DNA of 64,000 bases. Origin: an uncultured Spirochaetota bacterium (lineage in GTDB: Bacteria > Spirochaetota > Brevinematia > Brevinematales > JAOACQ01). Location of the stretch: the NCBI GenBank assembly GCA_963835575.1, contig CAWIGG010000002.1, forward strand, positions 800,001 through 864,000, given 5' to 3'. This document shows, piece after piece, positions 48,986 through 60,668 of the stretch. The notes under the pieces are model-generated. The model did not search any database. It saw nothing but the letters and a program-made list of their open reading frames with translations, and was not told the origin of the DNA. The translations under genes were made by a program, and so were the position numbers. The stretch's first letter is position 1, and each line of letters opens with the position of its first letter.

Positions 48986-51316
48986 TTGCCGAAAAACAGA
49001 TGGATTGATTTCAGCATTATCATAGTGAGTATACTCCTGGCCGTGCTCTTTTCCATGAGCCAGGCCGGGCAGATGATAGATTTAAAGCTCTATGATATAT
49101 TTTCAATGGTAAAACCCAGGCCTCCGGAATGGAATAAAATCCTTTATGTGGACATTGATAATCAGAGTATTGACTTGATCGGCAAATGGCCGATACCCAG
49201 AGATAAGATCGCAGAGGGCATCGCGGTATTAAAGGAGTTCGGCGCCGATAAGATCCTCCTCGATATCGAGTATAACAATCCTGCCCCGCTTGTGTTAAAT
49301 CAGGAATATTATGATCAATCAAAAGAAAGCAAATCATCTCTTCCCGTCCGTCAAATTCTAGATAATTTAGTGATAGACCCGGATAAAGCGCTGGCCAGGG
49401 CATTCGGCATAAGTCCGACGAATGTTTATCTGACCTGCAGGGGAGTTGATGAGACAAAAAAAATAAGAACAGATATCGCGGCGGACTCTTTCATGGAACT
49501 GCAGATAGTGGAAAAGTTTTTCATTCCTATAAAAGATAAAAGCCTGACCAACCGGCTTGTGTCGGATCTTTACATGGAAAGTCCCGTCTATCCTCTGTAT
49601 ACCGTGGCAAAGGGTCTGGGCTTTACGACATCAGAGAAAGACATAGACGGTTCACTGAGGAAAATCAAACTTTTCAGAATTTATAAAGATAAGCTGGTCC
49701 CCCAGCTGTCATTACCTGTTATCCTTGACGAATTCAACGTGGACAGGGATAAAATAGAGATTAAACCCGGTGAATATATTAAATTGATTACGAAAGATAA
49801 TAAGATAATAAAAATACCTGTTTCTCAAAAAGGGGAAATGTATATCAACTGGACGAAAAAGTGGTCTGAAACTCCTTTTGGACAGCATATCCCGTTTGTG
49901 GCGCTGATTGATTATTACAATATGAAGCAGGAAATCCTGCCCCAGATTCCTTATTTAAACAGCAAAGATATCACTGAGGAAGAAAGGCAGAATATCAAAA
50001 GCAATATTAAAACCCTGGAGGATCTTTCCAACAAGCTTGCTTTAATCAAGGGCAAAATAACGATTACCGGCTGGACCGCGGATTCCAGTACCGATATAGG
50101 TATGATAACCATAGATCCCCAGGCGCCCCTGGCTTTATTACAGGGCAACCTGATCAATACGATTTATCAAAAAGCGTTTTTAACGGAGCTTCCCTTTTTC
50201 TGGAATGTTATCATATCTTTTCTTTTTATTTTAGGCATTTTCATAGTCAGTATAAGGATCACATCGGCGTTCAAGGAAGCAATCGCCTCTTTGTTTATTT
50301 TGATAGGTTTATTCCTGATCCAGTATCTGTTCCTGGCTGTTTTCGGCATCATTCTGAATTATGTCATGATCCTTCTCAGTACGATTATCAGCCTCGCGGC
50401 GTTTATTTCTTATAAATTCGTTCAGTATGACAGGCAGAAAAATTATATTAAAAAGGCGTTTATGCAGTATCTATCGCCCGAAGTCGTTCAGGAAGTTATT
50501 GAAAACCCCAGCCTTCTCAAGCTGGGCGGTGAAAGAAGGGAAATCACCGCCTATTTTTCCGATGTGGCCGGGTTTACCAGCATTTCTGAGAAACTGACGC
50601 CTGAAGAGGTTGTCGCTCTTCTCAATAAATACCTGACGGCGATGACGGATATAATTCTGGCTAACGGCGGCACCGTGGATAAATATGAAGGCGATGCGAT
50701 CGTCGCTTTCTTCGGCGCGCCGATACCGCATCCCGATCATGCGATCAGGTGCTGCAGCGCGGCGGTGGATATGCAGAATGCTTTGGTGAACCTCCGGGAG
50801 GAGTGGATTAAGGAAGGTTATCCGCCTGTGATAGCCAGAATGGGCATAAATACCGGCCCGGCAATTATAGGGAATATGGGCTCAGAGCAGAGGATGGACT
50901 ATACGATGATGGGCGATACCGTCAATTCCGCGTCCCGTTTTGAAGGGGCGAATAAAGCCTATGGAACCTTTACAATGATTTCGGAATTTACTTATAATCA
51001 GGTTAAGGATAAGTTTGTGGTCAGGAAGCTTGATCTGCTCAGGGTGGTAGGTAAAACAACGCCGACAGAAGTGTATGAACTGGTCGGCAGAATAGGAGAA
51101 GTCAGCCCTGAGAAACTGTCAATAATTGATGAATACCATAGCGCCCTGCAGGAATACAGGGCTAAAAAATGGGATTCGGCGTATGATATGTTCAGAGATC
51201 TGGTTAAAAAATATAATGATCCCCCTTCCAGGACTTACTTCGAACGCTGCCAGAAATACAAGAAAACTCCTCCTCCTGAAGATTGGGACGGTGTTTTTAT
51301 CCTCAGTACGAAATAA
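48986..51316 (+). CDS. CHASE2-domain class III adenylate/guanylate cyclase
   Basis: VDID..S...GKWP.PR (CHASE2), three TM helices, FSDVAGFT, DKYEGD (ATP-type Lys), MGINTG, GDTVNSASRFEG, PPEDWDG. Confidence 0.93.
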   Translation: MPKNRWIDFSIIIVSILLAVLFSMSQAGQMIDLKLYDIFSMVKPRPPEWNKILYVDIDNQSIDLIGKWPIPRDKIAEGIAVLKEFGADKILLDIEYNNPAPLVLNQEYYDQSKESKSSLPVRQILDNLVIDPDKALARAFGISPTNVYLTCRGVDETKKIRTDIAADSFMELQIVEKFFIPIKDKSLTNRLVSDLYMESPVYPLYTVAKGLGFTTSEKDIDGSLRKIKLFRIYKDKLVPQLSLPVILDEFNVDRDKIEIKPGEYIKLITKDNKIIKIPVSQKGEMYINWTKKWSETPFGQHIPFVALIDYYNMKQEILPQIPYLNSKDITEEERQNIKSNIKTLEDLSNKLALIKGKITITGWTADSSTDIGMITIDPQAPLALLQGNLINTIYQKAFLTELPFFWNVIISFLFILGIFIVSIRITSAFKEAIASLFILIGLFLIQYLFLAVFGIILNYVMILLSTIISLAAFISYKFVQYDRQKNYIKKAFMQYLSPEVVQEVIENPSLLKLGGERREITAYFSDVAGFTSISEKLTPEEVVALLNKYLTAMTDIILANGGTVDKYEGDAIVAFFGAPIPHPDHAIRCCSAAVDMQNALVNLREEWIKEGYPPVIARMGINTGPAIIGNMGSEQRMDYTMMGDTVNSASRFEGANKAYGTFTMISEFTYNQVKDKFVVRKLDLLRVVGKTTPTEVYELVGRIGEVSPEKLSIIDEYHSALQEYRAKKWDSAYDMFRDLVKKYNDPPSRTYFERCQKYKKTPPPEDWDGVFILSTK

Positions 51317-51427
51317 TTTTTTACTTGAAAAGTTCAAAGCTGATACTTTGATTAAAATTATACTTGTCTTTATAATATTCAGGCTAAAATTTTCAGATAA
51401 TACAGCTTATATAAGAGGAGGCTGTCT

Positions 51428-52972
51428 ATGAAAAGGATAAATTTCTTCTCTATCGTCTTCATTCTAATATTCTTGTTTTTATGCAATGGCCGGCAGATAA
51501 TTGCCGTGGAGAACGCAAAAATAATCAAGGCTTCCGCGCAGAGTATGCCTGAATGGGTGCTGAAAAAGAAAAAATCCGCCGACTTTGTATATTTTGTCGG
51601 TATGAGCACAAAAGCCCCTGATTTAAAACAGGCTAAAAAGGAAGCCGTTGATGACGCCGCTTCGCAATTAGTGGAATATATCGGGTTCAGGGCCACAACA
51701 AGGTTTAAAAGCACTAAAGAAATGACGGATATGGATAATGTTTCCAGTTTCAAAGAGACTGTTCAGCAGACCATTGACGGGAAAGGCACTGCAAACGTTA
51801 ATATTGATCTGGAAGATATTTATTATGAGCAGTATTCGGATAATACTTATTCTGTGTATTGCCTGATAAAATTCCCTCAGGACTGGGTGGAAAAAGAAAG
51901 AAAGCGCCTTCAAAAACTGGTAAACGACCAGAGGCAGCAGTCGCAGACATATCTATCGGAAGCGGATGATTCCCTGAAAACAGGGAACCTTTCCAAATCG
52001 CTGGATCTATCTCTAAACGCTCTTCTGATCAGCGAAAAAGCGGCTGAAAATTCGGATATTTATGATCAATCAAAAAACTCAATTTTAATGTGCTTATCAA
52101 GCCTTTCTTTTGCTTTAGAAGGGGCGCCGAAATACGCCTATATTGAAGGAGGCGGGGACCCCATTCAAATAAAGGCCATGTCTTCCAAAACGTCAGGGGC
52201 CGTGGCCGGGTTAATGATGATCGTTCTGGAAGAAAATACAAACGCCGTCATCAATTCAAAAATCGGGAATACAACTGATGACAAAGGGAAAGTTGTTTAT
52301 AATACAGAAAAGATCGCCGATACTTCCGCAGATAAGCTGGATCTTTTTTCCTCTTTTTCACTGGCAAAATTTGATCAGGTGAAAAAAATCGATGAGGAAT
52401 TTTACAATCAGATAGAAGGCCTTCAGAAATCGCAGGCTTTAAACTTCAGCCTTTCGGTTGTCAGTAAGGATAAAGCCCTCAATACGGCAATTGTGGTTTT
52501 TGACATCATCAGGGAAGGAAAGCAGAAGGCTCATAGCGGATTGTCGCTGAAATTCCAGGAAGCCGTGTCAGGTAAAATGGCGAATTCAGGTTTTAATATC
52601 ATTTCCGCGGAAATTCCGCCCGATGTTATTACTGAAGGGAAAGATGAGGGAAAAATCAAACAGGCGATAATGAAATATTTGAAATCTAATTATCCGGATT
52701 TAAAAAGACTTCTTCTGGGAATACGCCAGATAAATTATCTCGGTGAAATCGGCAAGGATATTGTGTTTAAAGAATATAATATTAATGACAGCGAGTTTAA
52801 AGCCGTGGAAGTGAAATTTATACTTTCATTTATTGATATTGATTCTAATAAAACAGAAAAAGGCGTAACAATAGAAGCGAGAGGCATGGGGCTTAATGAA
52901 GAGCAGGCTGTGGAAATGGCGGCAAAAAAGATTTTAGAGAAAATGAATCAAGAGATAGAAAAATTTAATTAA
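51428..52972 (+). CDS. LPP20-like exported protein
   Basis: PEWV...YFVG.S...AKKEA...A..QL N-terminal motif; coiled/TPR-like middle. Confidence 0.65.
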   Translation: MKRINFFSIVFILIFLFLCNGRQIIAVENAKIIKASAQSMPEWVLKKKKSADFVYFVGMSTKAPDLKQAKKEAVDDAASQLVEYIGFRATTRFKSTKEMTDMDNVSSFKETVQQTIDGKGTANVNIDLEDIYYEQYSDNTYSVYCLIKFPQDWVEKERKRLQKLVNDQRQQSQTYLSEADDSLKTGNLSKSLDLSLNALLISEKAAENSDIYDQSKNSILMCLSSLSFALEGAPKYAYIEGGGDPIQIKAMSSKTSGAVAGLMMIVLEENTNAVINSKIGNTTDDKGKVVYNTEKIADTSADKLDLFSSFSLAKFDQVKKIDEEFYNQIEGLQKSQALNFSLSVVSKDKALNTAIVVFDIIREGKQKAHSGLSLKFQEAVSGKMANSGFNIISAEIPPDVITEGKDEGKIKQAIMKYLKSNYPDLKRLLLGIRQINYLGEIGKDIVFKEYNINDSEFKAVEVKFILSFIDIDSNKTEKGVTIEARGMGLNEEQAVEMAAKKILEKMNQEIEKFN

Positions 52973-52982
52973 GTATTGAATT

Positions 52983-55900
52983 ATGGTTTATGGTTTAAGA
53001 ATAAAGAAGATTGTAACGCTGGGATTAATAGGATTATTATTTTATTTTATATTGGTGGTCATAGCGCAATTTGTATCTTATCAATATAAAAGCTCGCTTG
53101 AAAAAGAGCTGGCAAAATATTTGAATGTATCGTCAGTGAGCATTGGAAATATCCTGAATTTCCCTTTTGTATCAATAAATTTAAATAATGTTACAATTCT
53201 ATTTGAGAAGAATGGGGTTTGTAAAATTAATAATCTTTCTTTCTACTATAATCCATTAATAATACCATTAAAAGGGCCGGTTTCTTCAATTTATCATATT
53301 TCCCTGGGAAAAGCCTCTATACAATGCGGACTTTCTGACATAAGAGATTATCAAAAAAAGCTGAATTCAAATGTAAATAACATCGTGATGGAAAATGTAT
53401 CGATATCTGGGGATGATATTGTTTCCAGTATTAAAATGATGGGATCCATTCAATCGGATTTTTATCTGAATCAATTTCAATTGAATGTTAAAAATAATAA
53501 TACGGCAATAAAAGCGTTAGTAACGGCTCATACTCATATGGGAAATTCTATAGATTATCTCCAGGCAGTCTTAAAAGTCAATTTGTTTTACCGGCTGGAT
53601 AATAGAGATGGTTCAGGAATGCTTTCTTTTTCACATGTAAATCTTGGCGGTATTAAATTACTTCAGAATGAGGATATCCCTTTTGTTATAAGCAATAAAA
53701 TCATACTTGAACTACCGCAGTCTTATTTATCTAATAAATCATACGAGAAAAATAAGTTCGTTTTTTTTGCGATTGAGAAAGAATTTGAACTAAACTATAC
53801 TCAACTTGAAGAATATTATCTTTTTGAACATCTCTTTAATAAGGGAAATTATATATTTCAATTGTCATTTTTTACAAATCAGAATGAACAGGGAATGAAT
53901 TTAAGTTTAAATTCCAGAACAAGCCCTGATAAACTGATAATTGATGTAAATAAAAAAGATCAAATATGGAAATTAGACTGCAATCTTGAATCATCTAAAT
54001 ATGGTTCCGGGGCGCTGGAGTTTAATTTTAATCAAAAATCTATATTCCCCTCGGGATTTATGAATTTAAGAAATTTCATAATAATACCCGGCTTAAAAGT
54101 CAGCGGAATATTTGATCTACAGCCTGATAGCAACAGGGTTAAAATATTCGGCAGGGAGACAGAGATCAATGGCGGGCCTATTGGAAATGCATTTACCGAG
54201 ATGATAATGGAAACAAATAGGCTTATTTTTGACTCCGGCCGGGAGCGTTATAATGGAGTTATGAAAGGTTTTATAAATGATAATAAATATGAGCTGTTTG
54301 TTGAGGCGTATGATGTGAGCGGCTTGGCTATTGTCAGTAATATAGGTTTTGATTTATTAAATATCAGTAAAGGGAAGTATTATGGAAAAATGCATGTTTA
54401 TAATGATGAGAATGATGATTTACGGCTTAAAGCTGATGCGGATGGATATAATTATAATTTAAAAAAAGGAAATAAAAAATATGCCAGTACGAGCTTAAGT
54501 TTTTATAATAATATTTTGAGTTTCCCGAAAATATTCTTCATAAACGAAGGTGTTAATGTAAATTGTGAATTTATAATTACAAATACAAATAAAAGCGTTG
54601 ATGCCGTTTATTTATCAGGTATGGCTGTTTTTCAAAATAAATACAATCTTCCGATGAAAGGAACTGTGTTTATCAATAGACTGATAAATACAGTTGATTC
54701 AAAGGTTTATCTTGATAATGATATGGCATTGTTTGTCACATTAATAAGCAACCGTTTAAATTTTAACGCCATGGCAAATCAATATTCTTTATCACACATA
54801 GGCCTGGCAGGCAATCTGAATTTTAAATATACCGGCGATTTTATCGGTGGTAAAATCCAATCTTTAAAATTAGATGCTTCATATTATTATAAAAAAAGGG
54901 AAATAAAATTCAGTTTTAAATCAAGTAAACAGGATGGATATTTGAATATTGAAAGGTTCTTGCTGGATACAAAAGATGATAAATTGTTCGGCCAGGGCAG
55001 GTTATGGCAGGATGATGACCGTCTATTCGGCCAGATAGATTTTATCAGGGGCGGCGGATTATCTTTTTCCTGTTCTTCGGAAAATTTAAGCGGAGTATTC
55101 CAATTCAGGAATCTATTTATTAAAGATTTTATCAAGGAAAATCTTGATGTGTTTGTTTCGGCAAAGCTGAATTTATCAGGCGATTTGATGTTTCCGGATA
55201 TTCAAGGTACAATAAAAGCGGTTAATTCGGCAAATTCTGAAAAATTTACACTTGATATTCCCTATCTGAGAATAAGCGATAATCAATGCATTTTTGACGA
55301 AATAGCTTTTCAAATGGCTGATTATAAGGCCAATTTTAATTTATGGTATTCGTTGATGAATTCAGAATATTCTTTAGGGGTTAAAGGAAAATTTATTTTC
55401 TTTGATATTATAAAAACCGATTGTCTGATTAATTATATTTATCAAACCAATCAGCAATATCTTTTTTACGATTTTAATAATTTATCGATTTCGAGCAGAA
55501 TAGTGAGTAATATATCGGGCGAAGTTATTTTAAAGAATAATCAATATACTTTTCTTAATAAAGAAGAAAATGGTGTCCGCGGTTATTTTAATGACGGAGA
55601 AAAGAAAAAAGAGTGGAATATACAATTAATGAATAAAAGTTTTCAGGGCGCGTTTTCAGGCAGTTTAAAAAATAATTTTATTGATGCGGAATTTAATTTA
55701 AAAGCGCCGATGGATGTGTTTTCATTTTCTGATCTAATAAAAGATATTAAAGGCGACGGTAAGATAGATCTAAAAATGAAAGGAAATATAAATGCCCCTG
55801 TGATAGATGGGGTCATTCAATTTTACCAGTTGAATTTGAACCTCAATAATATAAACACTAAAATAAAAGGTCTGAATGCATACCTGCCTATTGTGACAAA

Positions 55901-57089
55901 TAAAATCATACTGGATCATTATATTATGACAACGAGCACAGGCAATTATCTTTTAAATGGCACAATAGATTTTAAAAATATTTTATATCCAAAGCTTAAT
56001 ATTCAGATTATTCCGGGTGATAAAAACGCAGCCGCTCTCAGTTTAAATATTAATAATCCAAACTTTAAAATTGCGGGTAATTTAATTATAAAAGAATTAA
56101 AACTGGAAGGAGAAATAACCTCATTGGAAGTGGCCGGGGATCTTATGACAGAAAACAGCCTGATATATGTCAGTTCATTTTCTTTTAATACTAATAAAAA
56201 TAACGATTCGGGTATTTTAAATAATATTAAATGGAAACTCCCGATCCGGCTGGGTAATGGTGTAAAATTTTCAAATGAATTAATCGATGTTTTTCTTAAA
56301 AAAGATGATATAGTAACTTTAATGGGCTCATTTAACAACAATTCATTCTCCATTAAAGGTAATGTGGGGGTTGATAGAGGGTCTTTAATTTATTTTGGAA
56401 AAGATTTTTCAATTACAGAAGGGAATGCGGTTTTTGCAGGTGTTGCTGGAGATATTATTCCATATGTCCAGCTGGATTCATCTTTTAAATATAAAGATGA
56501 TACGGGAGAAAATGTAGAAGTGTTCCTCACATTTACAGGAAAAGCGGACAATATCACGCTGAAATCATTTCAATCTGTTCCTTCAAAAACCATCAGTGAA
56601 TTGTCATCAGTTATCGGTCTGAATTCTCAAAATTCTGCTTCTGATATAAGCAACAAAACTGCAGTAAATGAAGGATTTATACCCAGCGGTCTGGTTAATG
56701 TGGCGGAAAACGCCTTTATTTTTAATCCCTTAACTATTGATATAAAAAGAAGACTGGGTTTGGATTTATTTACAATAAGAAGCGGCGTTATCAGCGGCTG
56801 GGCAAGAAGAAATATTCTGGGAGAAACAAATATTAATGCTGTTGATATGTTTGAGGGCTCGACACTTAGTCTGGGAAAATATATAATTCCCAATGTTTTT
56901 TTCCAATACGATCTGCTTATTTCAAGGAATCCTCTTTCATATGATGAAATTATTCCGCTTCATACCTTCGGCCTGGATTTTGATATGAGGCTTTTTGATC
57001 TTGGCTGGAAGATTCAGCCTTTTACTGAAATCGGGAAGCAGGTAAAATATGAGCAAAAATTTGAATTTAATTTTAATCGAAGATTTTAA
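52983..57089 (+). CDS. tamB: TamB-like translocation/assembly module protein
   Basis: 1368 aa beta-rich, N-terminal anchor, LSGDL..P.I.G repeats, C-terminal LGKY..P..F; upstream of bamA-skp. Confidence 0.75.
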   Translation: MVYGLRIKKIVTLGLIGLLFYFILVVIAQFVSYQYKSSLEKELAKYLNVSSVSIGNILNFPFVSINLNNVTILFEKNGVCKINNLSFYYNPLIIPLKGPVSSIYHISLGKASIQCGLSDIRDYQKKLNSNVNNIVMENVSISGDDIVSSIKMMGSIQSDFYLNQFQLNVKNNNTAIKALVTAHTHMGNSIDYLQAVLKVNLFYRLDNRDGSGMLSFSHVNLGGIKLLQNEDIPFVISNKIILELPQSYLSNKSYEKNKFVFFAIEKEFELNYTQLEEYYLFEHLFNKGNYIFQLSFFTNQNEQGMNLSLNSRTSPDKLIIDVNKKDQIWKLDCNLESSKYGSGALEFNFNQKSIFPSGFMNLRNFIIIPGLKVSGIFDLQPDSNRVKIFGRETEINGGPIGNAFTEMIMETNRLIFDSGRERYNGVMKGFINDNKYELFVEAYDVSGLAIVSNIGFDLLNISKGKYYGKMHVYNDENDDLRLKADADGYNYNLKKGNKKYASTSLSFYNNILSFPKIFFINEGVNVNCEFIITNTNKSVDAVYLSGMAVFQNKYNLPMKGTVFINRLINTVDSKVYLDNDMALFVTLISNRLNFNAMANQYSLSHIGLAGNLNFKYTGDFIGGKIQSLKLDASYYYKKREIKFSFKSSKQDGYLNIERFLLDTKDDKLFGQGRLWQDDDRLFGQIDFIRGGGLSFSCSSENLSGVFQFRNLFIKDFIKENLDVFVSAKLNLSGDLMFPDIQGTIKAVNSANSEKFTLDIPYLRISDNQCIFDEIAFQMADYKANFNLWYSLMNSEYSLGVKGKFIFFDIIKTDCLINYIYQTNQQYLFYDFNNLSISSRIVSNISGEVILKNNQYTFLNKEENGVRGYFNDGEKKKEWNIQLMNKSFQGAFSGSLKNNFIDAEFNLKAPMDVFSFSDLIKDIKGDGKIDLKMKGNINAPVIDGVIQFYQLNLNLNNINTKIKGLNAYLPIVTNKIILDHYIMTTSTGNYLLNGTIDFKNILYPKLNIQIIPGDKNAAALSLNINNPNFKIAGNLIIKELKLEGEITSLEVAGDLMTENSLIYVSSFSFNTNKNNDSGILNNIKWKLPIRLGNGVKFSNELIDVFLKKDDIVTLMGSFNNNSFSIKGNVGVDRGSLIYFGKDFSITEGNAVFAGVAGDIIPYVQLDSSFKYKDDTGENVEVFLTFTGKADNITLKSFQSVPSKTISELSSVIGLNSQNSASDISNKTAVNEGFIPSGLVNVAENAFIFNPLTIDIKRRLGLDLFTIRSGVISGWARRNILGETNINAVDMFEGSTLSLGKYIIPNVFFQYDLLISRNPLSYDEIIPLHTFGLDFDMRLFDLGWKIQPFTEIGKQVKYEQKFEFNFNRRF

Positions 57090-57162
57090 ATATTTTGACA
57101 TAATACTACATTTGTAGTATAATGTTCGGGTTATTAATATATAATTGTCTAAAGGAGTAATT

Positions 57163-59608
57163 ATGTTTCGCAGGTTTTTATGCATATTTGCAGTATTATT
57201 TATTGCAATCCAGTTCTCTTACAGCCAGGATGTAAATTATAAAGATAAAAAGATACAGGAAATTAAGTTTGACGGCTTGATTAATGCAAGACCGGAGGAA
57301 CTTAAACAAATTATCGATATCAAGGAAGGCGATAATTATAATTCGGAAATGATCAACAAAGCATTAAAAAAATTATTTTTTCTGGATATGTTTAAAAATG
57401 CCAAAGCGGATATAATAGAAGGAACTAACGGGCTTATCATTAATTTTATTGTAGAAGAAAATTATTATATTAGATTTGTAAAGTTTGAAGGAAATGATGA
57501 AGTTTCATCTGATGATTTATTAAAAGTTATCAGTTTTACTCAGAATTCATTTTTTACTGATAATAAATTAAATAATTCTCTTATTGCAATTCAAAATAAA
57601 TACATTAGTGAAGGATTTATCGATGTTATTGTCACTAAAAAATTTGTACTGGTTGATGTAAAAAAACAGACTTTTGATCTTGTATTCAATATCAGTCCTA
57701 AAAAGAAAATAGTTGTTGAGAAGATTAATATAACCGGATGTACAAATGTAAAAGCTGATGAGATAAAAGGCATTATGAAAACCAAAGAAAGATTTTTTAT
57801 CTTTGTAAGCGGGGTCTTAAAAGAAGAAGACTTTAATAAAGATAAGCAGAATGTTATTGACCTTTATCAGCATAAAGGTTATATTGACGTCAATATAAAT
57901 AAATTCGAGTGGAAAATAGAACAGCTGGAACAGGATAAACATAAAGCGATTGTTGTTTATATTGATTTAACAGAAGGCGAAGTATATAAAACTGGGAAAA
58001 TATCTATTACCGGCAACACGCTTTTCCAGACAAAGGAATTACAGGCCTTAGTTGATTTGAAACAGGGTGATGTTTACGATAAAGTTAAGATGGATAAGAC
58101 CAGGATGGATATTTATAATAAATATAGCGACAATGGTCACTTATACGCGAACGTATCTCTTGTGATGAATAAGGAGATAACAAATAAAATTATTGATTCT
58201 GAGCTGATTGTTTCTGAAGGTCCGAGAGCGCATATTGAAAGTATTTCTATATCCGGGAACACAAAAACACTCACTTCAGTAATAAAAAGGGAATTTTATT
58301 TTGAGGAAGGAGAACTCTATATACAACGTAAATTGAGAATGACATATGAAACGCTCATGCAGCTTCAATATTTTTCTGATATAAGGTTTGTGCCTCTGCC
58401 GGGAAGCGATGAGGGTTTAATTGATCTGGATGTTACCGTTGAAGAAGCGAGAACAGGCCTTATAACATTCGGCTTGGGTTATGGAACAGAAAGCGGTTTT
58501 AATGTATCAGCGCAGATTTCTGAAAGAAATCTGTTCGGGACCGGGAGAATTCTTTCAGTTAAAGGGAATTGGGGACAAAAAGCTCTGGGCTTTGAAATAA
58601 GTTTTGAAGAACCATGGCTTTTTGATGAGCCTCTCTATGCCGGAATTTCTATAGGATATTCAAGATATTTAATAGAAAATATCCCCGCTGATTTCGCAAG
58701 GGAACGGTACAATAGATGGAACAAATATTAATTATATAGAAGACCCAACAAATATGATGAGTCTTTATGCATCATCTAATGCTTATACAAGGGAAACATT
58801 TTCATTAGGCGGCAGTCTTAGAAGAAGACTCCCTGATTATTGGTCTGTTACTTTCGGATTGGGTACATCTATTTACCGCGATGTTGATCCAAATTTTAGA
58901 AATCCATTGGTCTATACCGACCATTGGGTGACAAACCAGACATTAATCGATTCATTTAATAAAGGCTGGCAATTTAAAAATTCAATATCCCTTGGCTTTA
59001 CAAGAAATTCTACTGATCATCCTCTGAGACCTCTCTATGGCAGTATAATTGACATCGGATCTATGTATGTTGGAGGAATTCTGGGAGGAGACGCTAATTT
59101 TATAAAATCACATCTATCTTATAGCGTTTATTGGAACCCTATATGGAAAATAGTATTGGCTCTGCATGCCTCATCAGAGTTTCTTACTCCGCAATTAAAC
59201 GCTGAATTCAAAGCGGATCCGCGTTTTGTTTATGACTATTCCGATATGTGCTACTTTGACGGCATTTATGAAATGCGCGGATGGATGAACGCATATGGAA
59301 GAGGCGAAAGCAAAATATTTTACAGCGCCGAATTGAGATCTCAAATATTTGATGAAATTTGGGGCGTTTTATTTTTTGATATGGGAAGTCTTTATCTTAA
59401 CTATAACTCATTTGCGCCTTTTACTCCTGACGGATATAAATTCAGTTTTGGAATTGGAATACAGTTAAATATACCGATGCTGCCGATCCGCGTTTATCTG
59501 GCAAGGCTTGGCCAATATAATCCTGATCTTAACAGATTTGAACTTGTCGGGACACAGGATTTGTTTAACGGAATTACTCCTGTGTTGAGCATTCAGGGCC
59601 TGTTTTAA
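57163..59608 (+). CDS. bamA: BamA (POTRA domains plus barrel), split by a one-base frameshift near 58697-58700
   Basis: POTRA motifs, EEARTG...G.GY, ERNLFGTG, EPWLF in 57163..58731; MRGW, FFDMG, FGIG in 58754..59608. Confidence 0.9.
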
Positions 59609-59623
59609 TACAAGGAGGAAAGT

Positions 59624-60154
59624 ATGATAAAAAAAATTTTGATATCCCTGATAAGTATTTTTATATTATTTTCCGTTAATTATGGTTTAAGGCAGGTAAA
59701 GCTCGGCTATGTAGATGTCGAGGATGTTTTTAATTCTTATCCGGGAATAGAAGATATTAAGAAAAAATTATTAGATGAAAGAAAAACCTATCAGATTGAG
59801 ATTGATAAAAGGAAAGAGGAAATCGCTCTTCTGGAAAAGGGATATCAAAATAATGACCGTCTTTCTGATGAGGAAAGACAGAGGCGTGATGCTGAAATTG
59901 AATACAAAAAAGAACTGCTGAATGATTTCATTATTGATTCAAATAATAAATTGACGGCTTTTAAAGAAGAAATGACTAAACCCATTTATTTAAAAATAGC
60001 CACAGTAATACAAAAAGTCAGCGCTGAAAAAGGTTTCAGTTTTGTATTCAGAAAAGGAAACGATATCCTGCTTTTTGTCGATAGAGAGTTCGATATTACA
60101 GGCGAAGTTAAACTCAGATTAAAAAAGGAATTAACTCTGGATGAACGGAATTGA
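59624..60154 (+). CDS. skp: OmpH/Skp periplasmic chaperone
   Basis: KLGYVD, coiled coil, DIT..V; follows bamA. Confidence 0.9.
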   Translation: MIKKILISLISIFILFSVNYGLRQVKLGYVDVEDVFNSYPGIEDIKKKLLDERKTYQIEIDKRKEEIALLEKGYQNNDRLSDEERQRRDAEIEYKKELLNDFIIDSNNKLTAFKEEMTKPIYLKIATVIQKVSAEKGFSFVFRKGNDILLFVDREFDITGEVKLRLKKELTLDERN

Positions 60155-60170
60155 TGATTAAGAGGCGCTC

Positions 60171-60647
60171 ATGAAGGCTTTAGTTATTTACTATTCCTGG
60201 AAAAACCATACCAGGGCTGTTGCCGAAGTATTAAAAGAGATCGGCGGTTTTGAACTGCGCCGGATTGAAGAAGTTATTATAAGAAGAGGCGTTTTCAGTC
60301 ATATCATTTCAGCAATTCAGGCGATAGCAGATTTCAGCAGTGATTTAAGGCCGTATAATCAGGGTCTGGAAGGCTTTGATAAAGTATTTATCGGAACTCC
60401 TGTATGGGCAGGGAATCCCGCCCCTGCGATAAATACATTTATCAAGGAAACGGATTTAAAAAATATAAAATTTGTTATATTCTGTACTTACCTGTTGTCT
60501 AAACCAATTAGAGCTGTTAATAAATTAGAGAATAATATAAAGGAAAAGGGCGGAAAAATAGAAGGATCGTTTTTTATTAAAGTTAATAAAAAGGACAAAA
60601 ATTTATTAAAAGAAAAGGTTGGTGAATCAATTAAAAAGTATATTTAG
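60171..60647 (+). CDS. Flavodoxin-like protein
   Basis: VIYYSW.NHT..VA, IGTPVWAG, FCT. Confidence 0.85.
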   Translation: MKALVIYYSWKNHTRAVAEVLKEIGGFELRRIEEVIIRRGVFSHIISAIQAIADFSSDLRPYNQGLEGFDKVFIGTPVWAGNPAPAINTFIKETDLKNIKFVIFCTYLLSKPIRAVNKLENNIKEKGGKIEGSFFIKVNKKDKNLLKEKVGESIKKYI

Positions 60648-60668
60648 GAAAGAATAGAGGAGGCGGAT

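Noticed and set aside
52983..59608. AT-rich tamB-bamA block as a horizontally acquired island
   Set aside because: Core envelope genes in conventional order with no mobility signatures; composition alone is insufficient.
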